A stretch of DNA of 35,580 nt, taken from the IMG/VR virus record IMGVR_UViG_3300032167_007519; one strand, given 5' to 3'. The notes beneath the pieces are model-generated. The model was not told the DNA's origin. It worked only from the letters and a program-made list of their open reading frames with translations, and did not search any database. This document shows, in pieces, positions 9,278 through 20,170 of the stretch (the first letter of the stretch is position 1; every line of letters begins with the position of its first letter). The position numbers and the translations under genes are program-made. Source of the DNA: a virus. Lineage: Duplodnaviria; Heunggongvirae; Uroviricota; Caudoviricetes.

Positions 9278-10756
9278 TTATGGGGTGAGTTTTGGTCCTG
9301 CGACAGGGTTACTAAGCATTGGTCCTGCTTTTGCAGCGGCTTTGGCAGCTTTTATAGCAGCATAAGTGGTTACTGTACCAAAGACTGCTTTAAAGTCTCT
9401 TCTAAATTTCTCTCTTTCTGTAGGTTCAGAATGCTTATAATATTCTTGGACTTCTTTGATATTTTCATTTGCTAAAATCTTATCTAAGACATCCATTTTG
9501 AACTCATATTGTTCTTGTTTAGAAAGATAACGATAATTTGGCGTAGACATAATTGCAATTTTAATTTCTTGGTTGGCGTACTGAACCAAATTATTATGAG
9601 CTTGTTTAACGTCTTTTAATACAGAAATATTATTACGAATAGTCGTAAGAGCAGCGATTTCTTCTGGAGAATTAGAATTTCTAATTTTGTTATTTAGAGC
9701 AGTTAGCATTTCTTTAAGAGATTGATTATCTGTTGCCAAATAGCCAGCTCGTTGTGAATAAGAAACCGGAGTAGAGCTATCTTTTAAGTCAGATAACACT
9801 TTGGCATCTTCTAACAGATTCTCAATACGTTCAGCCTCTAATTGCCCTTTTGTCTTTCTTTGATAAGCTTCAAATTCAGAAGGAGTTTTCTGTTCACAGT
9901 TATAAACTTGTCCTAACTCTTTCTTTAATAAATGCTCTAAAGCTTCTTCTCGGCCATTTGCAAAATATTCTCTCGTATCAATAGAAGTTACAACTTCGTC
10001 TAAAAGACCATTCTTTGTGTGAACTTCTAAAATACCATCATGAGCTTTGACATAATTGGCAGTATTATCATACTCGTTGACAAAATAAGTTTCTTGTCCA
10101 GTTTTTAAAGCTTCTTTTAAATTATCTGCATTCATAGTTTCATGAATATTATTGATATACTTAATACGACCTTCATAACTATTTTCTCTGCTGGATAACG
10201 CAACATCTAAGAAAATTGTTTCAATTGGACAGTCTACAGCAGTTTCGGAAAAGTAGATATGGTCATCTGCTTGACAACTTACAAAACCATCTTCATGGCT
10301 AAATGCCTTGTTTGCCAGAATTTCATGTGCCTGCGGAGAACTGAGAGGAATTGCAAAAACTTCATTGCCAAGTTTCTCTTGTGCTCGGAAAAATGATTCT
10401 GCTTGCTCAGTTCTTGTATATTTTGGACTGCTTTTTCTAATAGAGGCATCAATTTCTGCAAGTTTTGCTTCGTCTTCTACTCGAACAACAATCAATTGTT
10501 GATTATCTACGGTTTGAACTCCAATGTATGGGATATTTGAAGCTAATAAGGCTTTATGGTATTGTTCATGATAATCTCTATCTACTTGTAAGAATTTGAA
10601 ATCATTTCCATTGAAACCTTTTTTCTTCATTTCTTTCATGATGAGTTCCGGCATGTTTCCTTGTAAGGAGCCATGACTTCTTGTCATGGCCGCCTCGATT
10701 AAATGAAGTAATTCTTGGAGAACTTTCGCTTCTCTACTACCATCGGTATAATCCAT
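9278..10756 (-). CDS. Hypothetical conjugation protein (possibly PcfB-like N-terminal domain)
   Basis: 492-aa ORF with GGAGG RBS immediately upstream of virD4, the position usually held by PcfB/DUF3801; the family assignment is positional only. Confidence 0.5.
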   Translation of the reverse strand: MDYTDGSREAKVLQELLHLIEAAMTRSHGSLQGNMPELIMKEMKKKGFNGNDFKFLQVDRDYHEQYHKALLASNIPYIGVQTVDNQQLIVVRVEDEAKLAEIDASIRKSSPKYTRTEQAESFFRAQEKLGNEVFAIPLSSPQAHEILANKAFSHEDGFVSCQADDHIYFSETAVDCPIETIFLDVALSSRENSYEGRIKYINNIHETMNADNLKEALKTGQETYFVNEYDNTANYVKAHDGILEVHTKNGLLDEVVTSIDTREYFANGREEALEHLLKKELGQVYNCEQKTPSEFEAYQRKTKGQLEAERIENLLEDAKVLSDLKDSSTPVSYSQRAGYLATDNQSLKEMLTALNNKIRNSNSPEEIAALTTIRNNISVLKDVKQAHNNLVQYANQEIKIAIMSTPNYRYLSKQEQYEFKMDVLDKILANENIKEVQEYYKHSEPTEREKFRRDFKAVFGTVTTYAAIKAAKAAAKAGPMLSNPVAGPKLTP

Positions 10757-10772
10757 ATATTACCTCCTGTGG

Positions 10773-11477
10773 TTATTTGTGTTTTCTTGAACTGTCTTTT
10801 TCAGCTTCGGAAAATAAATCGTCTTGGAAAAATCCTTTTCCTGTATTTAAACTTTGTACTGCACTTGCTTGGAAGGATGGACTATCTACGACAACCGTAT
10901 TGATGTAATTACAATGTGGACAAATTGCATTTAAACATCTTTGTGTTGTTGTAATGCGTCCTTTTGCACATAAGTGGTCTCCTTTATCTACCGTAAATGG
11001 ATGTAGACTGGAAACACTTGCATAAGAAAATCCAATCGATGCAGTAGGGTCTTTTATTGCAATTCTTGCGACATAAAAGGTCTTTTTCTTTCCTTCGTTT
11101 ATTTTTAAGGAATGGACATCGCCCATTAAAATGCCGTGCGCAGAATGTGGAGCTTCTTCTGCTCCTAAATACGTTTCTGGCTCTTGTATGTGATAGGACT
11201 TTACCCAGAAATAAGTTAAGCCTAATTGCTTCTCAAATGAGGTTTCACAATCTTCACAAAAGATAGTTTCGATAAACTCTTCGCTATGTAAGGAACATTT
11301 GGTGGTGATTGGAAGAAAACTTCCGTCTTCTTTTGTTGGGAGATTTAAGGATTCAGAATCGTCTTTATATGGGAAATATAATAGTTCGTTGCCAATATAG
11401 TAAAATTCTCCTTGATTTTGACTACCTTTTGCATAGAATTCAGGGGTTCCTGAGATTTCAATTTCATTCAAATACAT
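10773..11477 (-). CDS. Putative ssDNA-binding (tandem OB-fold-like) protein with two CxxC motifs
   Basis: Starts MYLNEIEISG; second half HGILMGDV...FYVARIAI...GDHLCAKGRITT resembles SSB strands; CEDC and CPHC; acidic/aromatic DDLF near the C-terminus. Confidence 0.5.
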   Translation of the reverse strand: MYLNEIEISGTPEFYAKGSQNQGEFYYIGNELLYFPYKDDSESLNLPTKEDGSFLPITTKCSLHSEEFIETIFCEDCETSFEKQLGLTYFWVKSYHIQEPETYLGAEEAPHSAHGILMGDVHSLKINEGKKKTFYVARIAIKDPTASIGFSYASVSSLHPFTVDKGDHLCAKGRITTTQRCLNAICPHCNYINTVVVDSPSFQASAVQSLNTGKGFFQDDLFSEAEKDSSRKHK

Positions 11478-11586
11478 GGTTGAGTTTTCCTTTCGTAATA
11501 CCTCTTTAAGAGAATGTTACCTCCTTGTATCTATTCCCTTTAGAGAGGATTTATTTTTGTTGTTTATTGTTTCATATAGGAGAACA

Positions 11587-12033
11587 CTATAAAATAACTC
11601 CGTTTACAATATAGTGTTCCGTGCGGTCAGAATGGACTAATCGATATTTTCGATATTTCCCTTCTTTGTCAAAATGTTCGAAATCTTTTTGGTTTAAAAA
11701 AGCCATCGTATAGACTTTCCCATTGATTTTTCGATACATCCGTTTTGGTGGTTCACCGGGAATTAACTCAATTGGAACATATAATTTACCTGTATCAATT
11801 TTACTTAACCATTTCTGCTGTTTCGTATTTTGATATAGCTGTAAATATAGTCCGTTCGATTTTGTTGGTTTTTCTCCGGTTAATTGAATTGGCATTCCGT
11901 CTAAACAAGCTTTTTTAAAGCCTAATGTGGATAACTCCTCTGTGTTTATCGCTACATAGTCCTCAGAGGGTGGATTTGAAACTAACATGACGGTTTCGGT
12001 TGTTAGCATGGTTGGAAGATAATATGCAATCAC
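11587..12033 (-). CDS. Hypothetical protein
   Basis: GTG start after GGAAGGAG, overlapping the stop of the lipoprotein gene by 1 nt. Confidence 0.7.
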   Translation of the reverse strand: MIAYYLPTMLTTETVMLVSNPPSEDYVAINTEELSTLGFKKACLDGMPIQLTGEKPTKSNGLYLQLYQNTKQQKWLSKIDTGKLYVPIELIPGEPPKRMYRKINGKVYTMAFLNQKDFEHFDKEGKYRKYRLVHSDRTEHYIVNGVIL

Positions 12034-13736
12034 TATCTTTCCACTCCTTCCTGTGTTGTGGAATTTTGTGTCTCTTCAACAGGTATTTCTTCTGGTACAT
12101 CAGGCTCCTCAGACGTCCATGTTTCTTCTGGAGAAAATTCTGTTGTTTCATCAGAAGTTCCCGGCAGGGTTGGAATTTCTGTAGGAGCTGGTGTAACAGT
12201 TGGAACTTCAATTTGTGGCATTGCAGGAGTTATTTTTAATTCAAACTCTGCATTTAATGCTAATAATCCAGTTAAACCTTCCGTTGGTTCAAAGATAATT
12301 GCATTATTTCTATAAAATACAATATCAGTTCCGGTATAAATATATTGGGTAACTCCTTCGATAGGTGAGAACTCTTTGCCTTCTGGCAAATCTTTGTAAA
12401 AATGATTTAAGATTAAAGAACCGTCTACATTTTCTCGAATGGTTACAAAAGGTGCATCTGTTTGAGCTAATAAGTCTTTATGACTGTTTAAAATATTTCC
12501 ATACTGAACATCGTTCTCTCGATATACCCATGTCATGGAATTTACTTCTTCGGTAAATAATAAATACCATGGATGTGCAATACGACTTAAGTCTAATGTT
12601 GCAGTTTCATCAACTAAATCTTCATTTGGGAAAATCTTATTGTATTTTTCTACATTGGAATATACTCCGGATAATCCTTCTGGGAAGATATAGTCGTCAA
12701 AAGAGTCATTGATAGAATAATCAGCTTCTTTGATATATCTGAAAAAGTATCTAAAATTGTTTAAGTTAGTACTTACAGAATAGATACCATTTTCCATTTG
12801 TTTTGGAAAATCAATTTCAAATAAAGTGCTTTGACGTAATCTATAATAGTTCGTATGAAAATATTCGGTAGGACTATAAATATGAATATTAGCTTTCATA
12901 TTGGACGTATCATAATAGGTTCCTGAATAAAACTCTAAATGATAGGTTTCGTCCTGCTTTAATCCATATAAAATACCTCTGTCAATTTCATCTGCCCATA
13001 CTTCTTTATAACGGATAGTGTTTAAATCGGGTGCTTCCGGATTGAAGAAAGACAGATTGTATTCTTCTAAATCTCTGGTAGTGGTTAGTTCTAAACCGTC
13101 ATAATAAGAAAGAATATTGGTATTTTTATCATAGATTGCTGTTTTTGTGCCTTCTGTAGGTGTAGTTCCTAAGGTATATCCAGTCGGTAATAATTGCCCC
13201 ATTTCAGCAACTAAAATGTCATCGGCTTCCTGCTCGTTTAAGAATCCGGCATCTGTACAAATGCTTAACACATGTTCTTCTCCGGTACCAAGATAACATC
13301 TACCATTTTCCATACTTGAAATATCATAAATACCAATGGTGTAGCCTAAATCTTTTACTCTGGAAAAGAAAATATTATGTAACAGACTCTGATAGCTATG
13401 GAACACTAACTTATCATCTTGTCCTAAGAAAAGAGTAGGAATATCTTCGGTATTAGATAAGTAATAATAATTATTGTCTTCTAAGAAAGGACGTCCAAGT
13501 TTGTAATAAACTTTAGTTCCATCTTCGTTTGTATGTTCTACATAAAAGGTATTGTCTTCTAAATTACGAGCAGATGTTGTAGAAACATCATCCATCTGGA
13601 AATCGATGTGTTCATAATCTATTGGTGTTGGTGTTGGAGTTGGCACGGCGTCTTTCTTCCCTCCACAGCCTGCCAAAATAGACAGGCTGAGGATAAGACA
13701 ACTTCCAAACATTAGCTTGTTGAATAATGTTTTCAT
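12033..13736 (-). CDS. Lipoprotein of the transfer region
   Basis: Signal peptide with lipobox LAG-C (SILAGCGG), PTPTPTP linker, acidic Pro/Thr-rich C-terminal tail; AAAGGAG RBS. Confidence 0.8.
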   Translation of the reverse strand: MKTLFNKLMFGSCLILSLSILAGCGGKKDAVPTPTPTPIDYEHIDFQMDDVSTTSARNLEDNTFYVEHTNEDGTKVYYKLGRPFLEDNNYYYLSNTEDIPTLFLGQDDKLVFHSYQSLLHNIFFSRVKDLGYTIGIYDISSMENGRCYLGTGEEHVLSICTDAGFLNEQEADDILVAEMGQLLPTGYTLGTTPTEGTKTAIYDKNTNILSYYDGLELTTTRDLEEYNLSFFNPEAPDLNTIRYKEVWADEIDRGILYGLKQDETYHLEFYSGTYYDTSNMKANIHIYSPTEYFHTNYYRLRQSTLFEIDFPKQMENGIYSVSTNLNNFRYFFRYIKEADYSINDSFDDYIFPEGLSGVYSNVEKYNKIFPNEDLVDETATLDLSRIAHPWYLLFTEEVNSMTWVYRENDVQYGNILNSHKDLLAQTDAPFVTIRENVDGSLILNHFYKDLPEGKEFSPIEGVTQYIYTGTDIVFYRNNAIIFEPTEGLTGLLALNAEFELKITPAMPQIEVPTVTPAPTEIPTLPGTSDETTEFSPEETWTSEEPDVPEEIPVEETQNSTTQEGVER

Positions 13737-13753
13737 TTTGTTACTCCTTTGGT

Positions 13754-16700
13754 TTAGTTCACGACCACAGAACGGTCACATAAGTTTAATTCTTCTTCAC
13801 TTATCATCGTAATGCGTAATAAATGGTCATTAGAGAAATCTCCATAAGCAGGCGGAGAATATACTACACAATAATAATATTTTTCTCCGGCTCCCCAGTT
13901 ACCTATGTTTGTATCACTGGAATTAACCTCACAAATAACGTAAATATACGTATAGTTCTCATAATTGGTTTCCCATGTTGCGACATTTTCATATTTTTCG
14001 TGGGTAGCTAGGTGATTTTTTGCTAAAAGCATATTCTCACCAATGGTTAAATTGTCTCCATTTTTTCCTTGCATAGAACCATAATAAATATGATAAGCGG
14101 CATTATTAGTTATGCTTTGAAGAAAAATATTAAAGACATCTGTTGGAGAATAGGAACGACCACTTCCTAATCTGCCCGCAGTTTCTTCTATAGCGTCTAC
14201 AGCACTTATTAACCTTGTGCTATTTGTTTCTAAAACTTTTTCACTGATTGCTCCATTGTTGAAATATAAGCCCATCTCATCATGGAAGTAATCAATAGCA
14301 GCTTGATAACCATCATGATACGTTCCTACAGCATAGGTTAATTGTTTTGGGTCAATTGCCCATTCCCAAGCATAACTATCTGCATATGGTTGTTCCCGGT
14401 CATAAAAACCCCAACCATTTCTAAAGGTAGGTGTCTCTCCGTCCATAGTGAAAACATCCCAAATAAATGGAGATAAATAATCTGTAGCTAAGGCATTTCC
14501 CTCTAAATAGTGGGTTTGTACTTTATAATGGTCTAATAATTTGTCATATAAATCAAAGTCAATTCCATCTACTCTGGTTTTATACCGAAGTAAACCATCT
14601 AAATTATTTGGGTCGACTTGGCTAAGGTTTGTTGCTTCATTTAATCTATCAAGGGTAGTACCTGAGGTGATAAACGTAAAATTGGCAACTAAACTGTCAA
14701 CAAATTCTCTATTCGGTCCAGCAAGAGCACCAGTGAGTTGAGTCAATGGTTTGTAGGTAGCTCCTAAAGAATTTCGAAGCTTAAAATCATTTACAAGGGA
14801 TGTGTATAAACTAGCTCCACTATAAAAAATAGCTTTTGTACTATTATCTCCATAGTTCTTGTAAAGCTTTGCTTCATTTTTTCCGGTACCATAGTGTGTA
14901 TTTGCAATATATTCATTATAAAAATCTAAACGACTAAAATCATAAGTGGCATTTGGATGAGTAATACGATTCCACCAAGGGCCTAAACAGGTATCTACCC
15001 ATTCGTCAAAGTTTTGTTCTAAGGTACCAGTCCATTGCAATACATCTTCGCCATATGTTAAAGATTCTTTTGTAAAAATTAAATTATCTCTTTTTACAAT
15101 ATTTAAGACATCCATATAACATTTTACGGTTCTTTGTGGTGTAACATGGCTTGGACAATGGCCATTACAGGTAATTCGTACATGATAACATGGTGTTGTA
15201 ATCGAATCTTCTGTTTCTGTAACAGGGAAAGCCTTATGTGAGTGAAGTGGTTTTGTACATACTAATCTACTAGAATATCCAACAATTCTCCCGTTTCTGT
15301 ATCTAGGATAGCTTCTATAGCAACTGCTAGTATGCTGTGGATGATGAGCTAATGTACATTTTAATTTACTGGTAACTTCATATTCATAATCATCACAAAT
15401 GTTCTTTCTATCTCTTGGTTTAGAATCTAATGTAGGTTCATGTTTATAACTTCTACAACCACAATCTTCTACAAAATCTAAATGAGCTTCATAGTCTGGA
15501 ACGCCTTCTTCAATTTCTACCGTATGTGTTTTCCAATACATTACTTTTGCATAAGCACTGGCAGCTACATAAGAGCCATGGTCAATTTCTGCTCCAGTAC
15601 GATATTTAAAAGCTGCCATAATTGGAAGCACATTATTTCCATTTGGAATATCATGACTATTTTCATCGATAAAATAAACTTTGGCATCTTCAAGGTCTAA
15701 ATGGACATCCCATTTATGTGATTCATATTTTGCTTTGTCATAAATAGGGTCTCCAGTTTCCTCATCATGGTCGCAGTAGTAATTTACAATCTCATTTTTA
15801 ACAGAAAAAACATACATCTTATCTAATGTATTTAGATTGTTAATGGCATTTTGAGCGTATTCTGGCATTACAGAAGAGAAAATACCTGCAATAGCGATTA
15901 CTAATGGAATTATTGCAACAGCGATAACTCCAATGGCAATTGTTGCAACAGCAAATTTAAAATAAGCTATAGCTCCTGCTTTTAAGAGACTTGCTCCCAT
16001 TTTCATTGCCCATTGCTGGAACTTTGCTTTTAAACCAAAAAACTTACCTAGTGCTTTTCCAAGTTTACTATTGTTTAATTTGCCTAAAAGCTTTCCTTTT
16101 ATCGTATCGTCAAATTTTGTTCTTGGTTTTGTTGGAGGAGTCTGTGAACCCCACTTGGAACGGTCTGTACCATATTTTTTTGTCTGACGCTTTTCAAAAC
16201 GTTTTTGAGCTCGAAGCTCACGGACGTCCTGTTTTCCGTAATATCTCTCGGCAGCACTGCTAGACTTAGTTCTATCTTTAGCTTTCTTCATACTTTCTCG
16301 ATAAGCTTGAGTAGAAGCGTCTTTACTTTTTTCTAACCAACGATTATAAGAAATGTCATAGACTTTTTTACCTGCTTTTCCTCCCATACTAAGAAGATTG
16401 ATAGCAGGCGCCAAGTCTCCTGTCAAAAAAGATAATGCTCGGATAGCCGCATCTTGGCGGAACATTCCTGTGCTTTGCGTCAGCTCTCCATAATTTTCAA
16501 AGATTTTTGATAGTTCTTCTAATCCTTCTTCATCAAAAACTGCAGTAGGGTCGAGCATCTTTTCTTTTAGTGGTATATGTTGTTCTCTTGCAATACGGAT
16601 ATCGTCTCCGGCATAAAAAGAGGTCCGTTGTGTAGTATCTTTTGTCTCTATAGCTTTTGCTGAATCTGATAAATAATCTACTTCAATAGTTCCTGAATCG

Positions 16701-17671
16701 TCTGAAGAAGGAATATTGTCGGAATCGTCTTCAATATCTATATCTCTTGGATTTTGAGCACTGGTATCATTAGATGAATTTCGGCCTTGATTTTCTTCTT
16801 CTTCTTTTTCTTCTCGTTTATTTCGAGCAAGAGCTTCTCTGGAAGCTTCCATAGCTTTTTTAAAATCTGCCATGGTTGCGTTAGGATGCTCTTCCATGAA
16901 TTTTCTAACAGAAGCGTTATTTGCTTTTAATTCAGATAGATGCTTGCTACGAACTGTCTCAACCATTAACGATTTCGTTTCTGCAGAATAGGTATGACGG
17001 TCTTCAGCTAATAGTTGTGCCGCATTTAATGCTTCTTGACTACATTCTACTCTTCTTGGAACTTTGTTCTGAGATAAGTAATTTTGTAGCTGAGCTCGTA
17101 CAATAGCACTATTTGTTTCATCTAATTGAAGATGATATTGTGTATTTAAATCGCTAATTAAATTTTTTAAGCTTTGGTCAGAAGATAATGTTCCGTTTTG
17201 TTCTGCATCTAACCATGCTTGAATCTGAGACGCTTCTTCCGTGGACAATGTCTTTTCATAAATTACAAATCCTTGACGGAAAACATCTTCTTCTGTAAGT
17301 CCAGCACTTTTATAAGGACCAATTTCACTTTCTAAGAAGTTTCTGGTTTCTTGATAATATTCTTGGACTAAAATAGCTTGGTCAGCATCCGACATTCGGT
17401 CAAATACTTCTGTATTTGTGATGGTTTGATAGTCTGCAGAAAGAAGCGAAGCCATACTAATTTTTTGGTCTGCTTTTTGTATTACTTGCACTTCTTCTGC
17501 TTGTTTTACAGAACTATCATCAACATACTCTTTGGCAATCGCAGCGACTCGGTCTGAACCGTCTGTACTTTTCCATGTGCGGTTCATCTGTTGCAATTGC
17601 TGATACGTTTTTTGCATGTCTTGCTCATTATTTTGTTGGGATGAACTACGTGGATTTTCCTGTTCTGCCAT
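13754..17671 (-). CDS. Large membrane-anchored T4SS component in the position of the VirB1-like/CD1108-like gene
   Basis: Directly follows virB4; charged N-terminal half, one hydrophobic segment near aa 570-600, Cys/His-rich segment, C-terminal possible CAP/SCP-like domain. Confidence 0.6.
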   Translation of the reverse strand: MAEQENPRSSSQQNNEQDMQKTYQQLQQMNRTWKSTDGSDRVAAIAKEYVDDSSVKQAEEVQVIQKADQKISMASLLSADYQTITNTEVFDRMSDADQAILVQEYYQETRNFLESEIGPYKSAGLTEEDVFRQGFVIYEKTLSTEEASQIQAWLDAEQNGTLSSDQSLKNLISDLNTQYHLQLDETNSAIVRAQLQNYLSQNKVPRRVECSQEALNAAQLLAEDRHTYSAETKSLMVETVRSKHLSELKANNASVRKFMEEHPNATMADFKKAMEASREALARNKREEKEEEENQGRNSSNDTSAQNPRDIDIEDDSDNIPSSDDSGTIEVDYLSDSAKAIETKDTTQRTSFYAGDDIRIAREQHIPLKEKMLDPTAVFDEEGLEELSKIFENYGELTQSTGMFRQDAAIRALSFLTGDLAPAINLLSMGGKAGKKVYDISYNRWLEKSKDASTQAYRESMKKAKDRTKSSSAAERYYGKQDVRELRAQKRFEKRQTKKYGTDRSKWGSQTPPTKPRTKFDDTIKGKLLGKLNNSKLGKALGKFFGLKAKFQQWAMKMGASLLKAGAIAYFKFAVATIAIGVIAVAIIPLVIAIAGIFSSVMPEYAQNAINNLNTLDKMYVFSVKNEIVNYYCDHDEETGDPIYDKAKYESHKWDVHLDLEDAKVYFIDENSHDIPNGNNVLPIMAAFKYRTGAEIDHGSYVAASAYAKVMYWKTHTVEIEEGVPDYEAHLDFVEDCGCRSYKHEPTLDSKPRDRKNICDDYEYEVTSKLKCTLAHHPQHTSSCYRSYPRYRNGRIVGYSSRLVCTKPLHSHKAFPVTETEDSITTPCYHVRITCNGHCPSHVTPQRTVKCYMDVLNIVKRDNLIFTKESLTYGEDVLQWTGTLEQNFDEWVDTCLGPWWNRITHPNATYDFSRLDFYNEYIANTHYGTGKNEAKLYKNYGDNSTKAIFYSGASLYTSLVNDFKLRNSLGATYKPLTQLTGALAGPNREFVDSLVANFTFITSGTTLDRLNEATNLSQVDPNNLDGLLRYKTRVDGIDFDLYDKLLDHYKVQTHYLEGNALATDYLSPFIWDVFTMDGETPTFRNGWGFYDREQPYADSYAWEWAIDPKQLTYAVGTYHDGYQAAIDYFHDEMGLYFNNGAISEKVLETNSTRLISAVDAIEETAGRLGSGRSYSPTDVFNIFLQSITNNAAYHIYYGSMQGKNGDNLTIGENMLLAKNHLATHEKYENVATWETNYENYTYIYVICEVNSSDTNIGNWGAGEKYYYCVVYSPPAYGDFSNDHLLRITMISEEELNLCDRSVVVN

Positions 17672-17688
17672 AGAATACTCCTTCTATT

Positions 17689-20133
17689 TTATGTCGTAAC
17701 TTCTTTTATTTGTTCTTTTGCTCTGGTAGAGAAAATGTCGTACAATAAGTTGTCTTCTGGGAATTCGTTCGTGAATGGAATTACCGTTCCGTTGTTGACA
17801 ATTAGTCCACTACCCGGCTTTGGTCTCTTAATATAAGATAATTCAGAAGGCTGAAGCTTTAATAATTCAGCTAAAAGCATCTGTTCTCTTTCCGCTTGCT
17901 TTAAAATGATTAAGTTGCTGGACTGAGTAAGCAGTAAAGCTGCCTTTGGATTTACTAATAAGTCGGATACGTTCTGGGTAATTGCAGTTGGAATTCCACT
18001 CCATTTACGTAAACGTCTCCAGAACTGCTCAAAGTAAGAAGCTGATGTTGGATTTGCAAAGAAACGATGTGCTTCATCTGCATAAATGTAAGTTACCCAA
18101 CCTCTTCTACGATTGCTGATGGTTCTGTTCCAGAAGTCATCCAAACATACCTTTAATGTAAGGTCGGTCATCTTATCACTTAATCCACTGATGTCATAAC
18201 AAATGATACGATTATCAATATTTACATTGGTGGTATGAGCAAAAATAGAATAAATACCAGTTACATATGGTTGCATGATATTTGCTAATCTTTGTGCAGT
18301 TGGTTCCGGCTGTCTTAATAGTAAGTCGAATAATTTCTGTAAGGTTGGACATACACTTCTGTCAATCGTAACAGGTTGTCCATCTACCTTTGGTAAAGAT
18401 GCTAAATGCTGAATATATGGTTCGTACATTAAGTTTACACATCTCTGTACGATACTTAATTGCTCTGCATCTAAGATTGCTCCTTTACCAATCATGGTCT
18501 CTAATAAACCACATAGGAAGTCAATCTTCATGGCAATCGGGTCTAAAGTAGAGTCAAGAGATTTATCAATATCTAAATCACATGCATTGATATGTACATT
18601 GAGTGCATCTGACTTTTGACCTGTGTTACTCTGTGGAGAAATTTTAATTACTTCACCACCAAATTTTCGTACCATGTCACAATATTCGCCTTCCGGGTCT
18701 AAGATAAATACAGACGCTTTTGGCTTATTTAAGATAACTGCTGCCATTTCCTGTTTCGTGGTAAATGACTTACCAGAACCGGAACTTCCTAAGATAACAG
18801 AGTTATAATTGTCATTCTTCATCTTGTTGATAACTACTACATTCTGATTTACACTGTTGATTCCATAGTAGAAACCACCTTCTTGGAACGTATTGATTTC
18901 ATCAAATGGCTGGAATAAAGAGATTGCTTCTGTAGTAATGTATCTACTGGTATGAGTCATGACCTGTCCAATCGGAAGCGCTGTGATAAATCCTCTCTCC
19001 TGACACATGTTATATGCCTGTAAGGAACAAATATATTTATCTGCAGTATTTTTAATCTTATCTTCTTGAAGTTTGATTTGTTTCTTATCTTCTGCAAAAT
19101 GAATGATAGATAAGTCAAATTCAAACATCTTTTGGTCACGTTCCTGAATGTCCGTTACCCATGCCTCTAACTCATCTGACATTGCCGCAACTTTTCGGGA
19201 AACTTTGCCACCGTTTTTATCTCCACTGGATTCAATTTCTGTCTGTAATCCTACATTTAAATCTCTTAGGATTTTAGATGCTTCTTTTGCTGTTTTTGGT
19301 CGGATGTAATAAGTTACTACTCCTTCAAATGGCAATGTGGATAATTCTGTATAAAACTTTGTAGAAAGCTTATTTGGAAGGTTTGTAATATAAAGACTTT
19401 GTCCCATACCATCATTGATGTAAAAATCTCTGGCTTTGAAAGAAAGATAAGACGGAGCAATAACATCTTTGAAATTTAAACCTTGTCTTGCAAGCTTTTT
19501 AAAGTCAAGTCTTGTGGTTGTTCCTTCATGTTCGAAGTTATAATTCTTTTCTGACTGGTTCATAATCTTCTGAAGAAGCTCTAAACGTTCTTCGGAAGAT
19601 AACATAGTGAGTTGAGTCTCTAATGTGGTCATTAAGTTTCTTAAAACACCTTCCACATTACTAAGAATTGCCTCTGCTTTTGCCATATCATCTTCTTCTA
19701 CACAGACGGTGATATATTTCTTTGTCTGAACTTCAGAAGCTGTCATTTTACTGCGAATAACTTCATTGTAAGCTTCACGGAATTCATTTAAATTATCTGC
19801 AAATCCATGAGAAGCTACTTCTAAGAAACGCTTTTCTGCATCTGTCTTTAAAGTAACTGCAGAAAATTTTAATAAAGCTTCTGTTGGTAAAGCGGATAAC
19901 ATCTGCTCTACTGTCTTCATAATAGCTTCTTGTTCGTTATCCGGTTTAATAGTAAAAGCAACATCTTCAAAGGTATAAGTCTTAGACCATATATGACCTT
20001 CTTCTAAAAACAATCCATCTCGATAAATGGCTTCAATTGGAATAGTATCCTGTGTCGTCTTTTTTACGGACGATTGTTTCTTCTTTACATCCTTTTCTTG
20101 CTTGGATGGTTTCTTTTTTGTATTACGATTCAT
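17689..20133 (-). CDS. virB4: VirB4-family conjugation ATPase
   Basis: Walker A ILGSSGSGKSF, ILDPEGEY, Walker B IYADEAH, RRLRKWSGIPTAITQN, KPGSGLI. Confidence 0.95.
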   Translation of the reverse strand: MNRNTKKKPSKQEKDVKKKQSSVKKTTQDTIPIEAIYRDGLFLEEGHIWSKTYTFEDVAFTIKPDNEQEAIMKTVEQMLSALPTEALLKFSAVTLKTDAEKRFLEVASHGFADNLNEFREAYNEVIRSKMTASEVQTKKYITVCVEEDDMAKAEAILSNVEGVLRNLMTTLETQLTMLSSEERLELLQKIMNQSEKNYNFEHEGTTTRLDFKKLARQGLNFKDVIAPSYLSFKARDFYINDGMGQSLYITNLPNKLSTKFYTELSTLPFEGVVTYYIRPKTAKEASKILRDLNVGLQTEIESSGDKNGGKVSRKVAAMSDELEAWVTDIQERDQKMFEFDLSIIHFAEDKKQIKLQEDKIKNTADKYICSLQAYNMCQERGFITALPIGQVMTHTSRYITTEAISLFQPFDEINTFQEGGFYYGINSVNQNVVVINKMKNDNYNSVILGSSGSGKSFTTKQEMAAVILNKPKASVFILDPEGEYCDMVRKFGGEVIKISPQSNTGQKSDALNVHINACDLDIDKSLDSTLDPIAMKIDFLCGLLETMIGKGAILDAEQLSIVQRCVNLMYEPYIQHLASLPKVDGQPVTIDRSVCPTLQKLFDLLLRQPEPTAQRLANIMQPYVTGIYSIFAHTTNVNIDNRIICYDISGLSDKMTDLTLKVCLDDFWNRTISNRRRGWVTYIYADEAHRFFANPTSASYFEQFWRRLRKWSGIPTAITQNVSDLLVNPKAALLLTQSSNLIILKQAEREQMLLAELLKLQPSELSYIKRPKPGSGLIVNNGTVIPFTNEFPEDNLLYDIFSTRAKEQIKEVTT

Positions 20134-20170
20134 AGTATTTGAGTCTCCTGTTTATTCACCATATCTACAG

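Noticed and set aside
11495-11527. Orphan AAGGAGG plus imperfect hairpin upstream of the SSB-like gene
   Set aside because: No start codon in a usable frame and the stem is weak; cannot support a leader peptide or attenuator.
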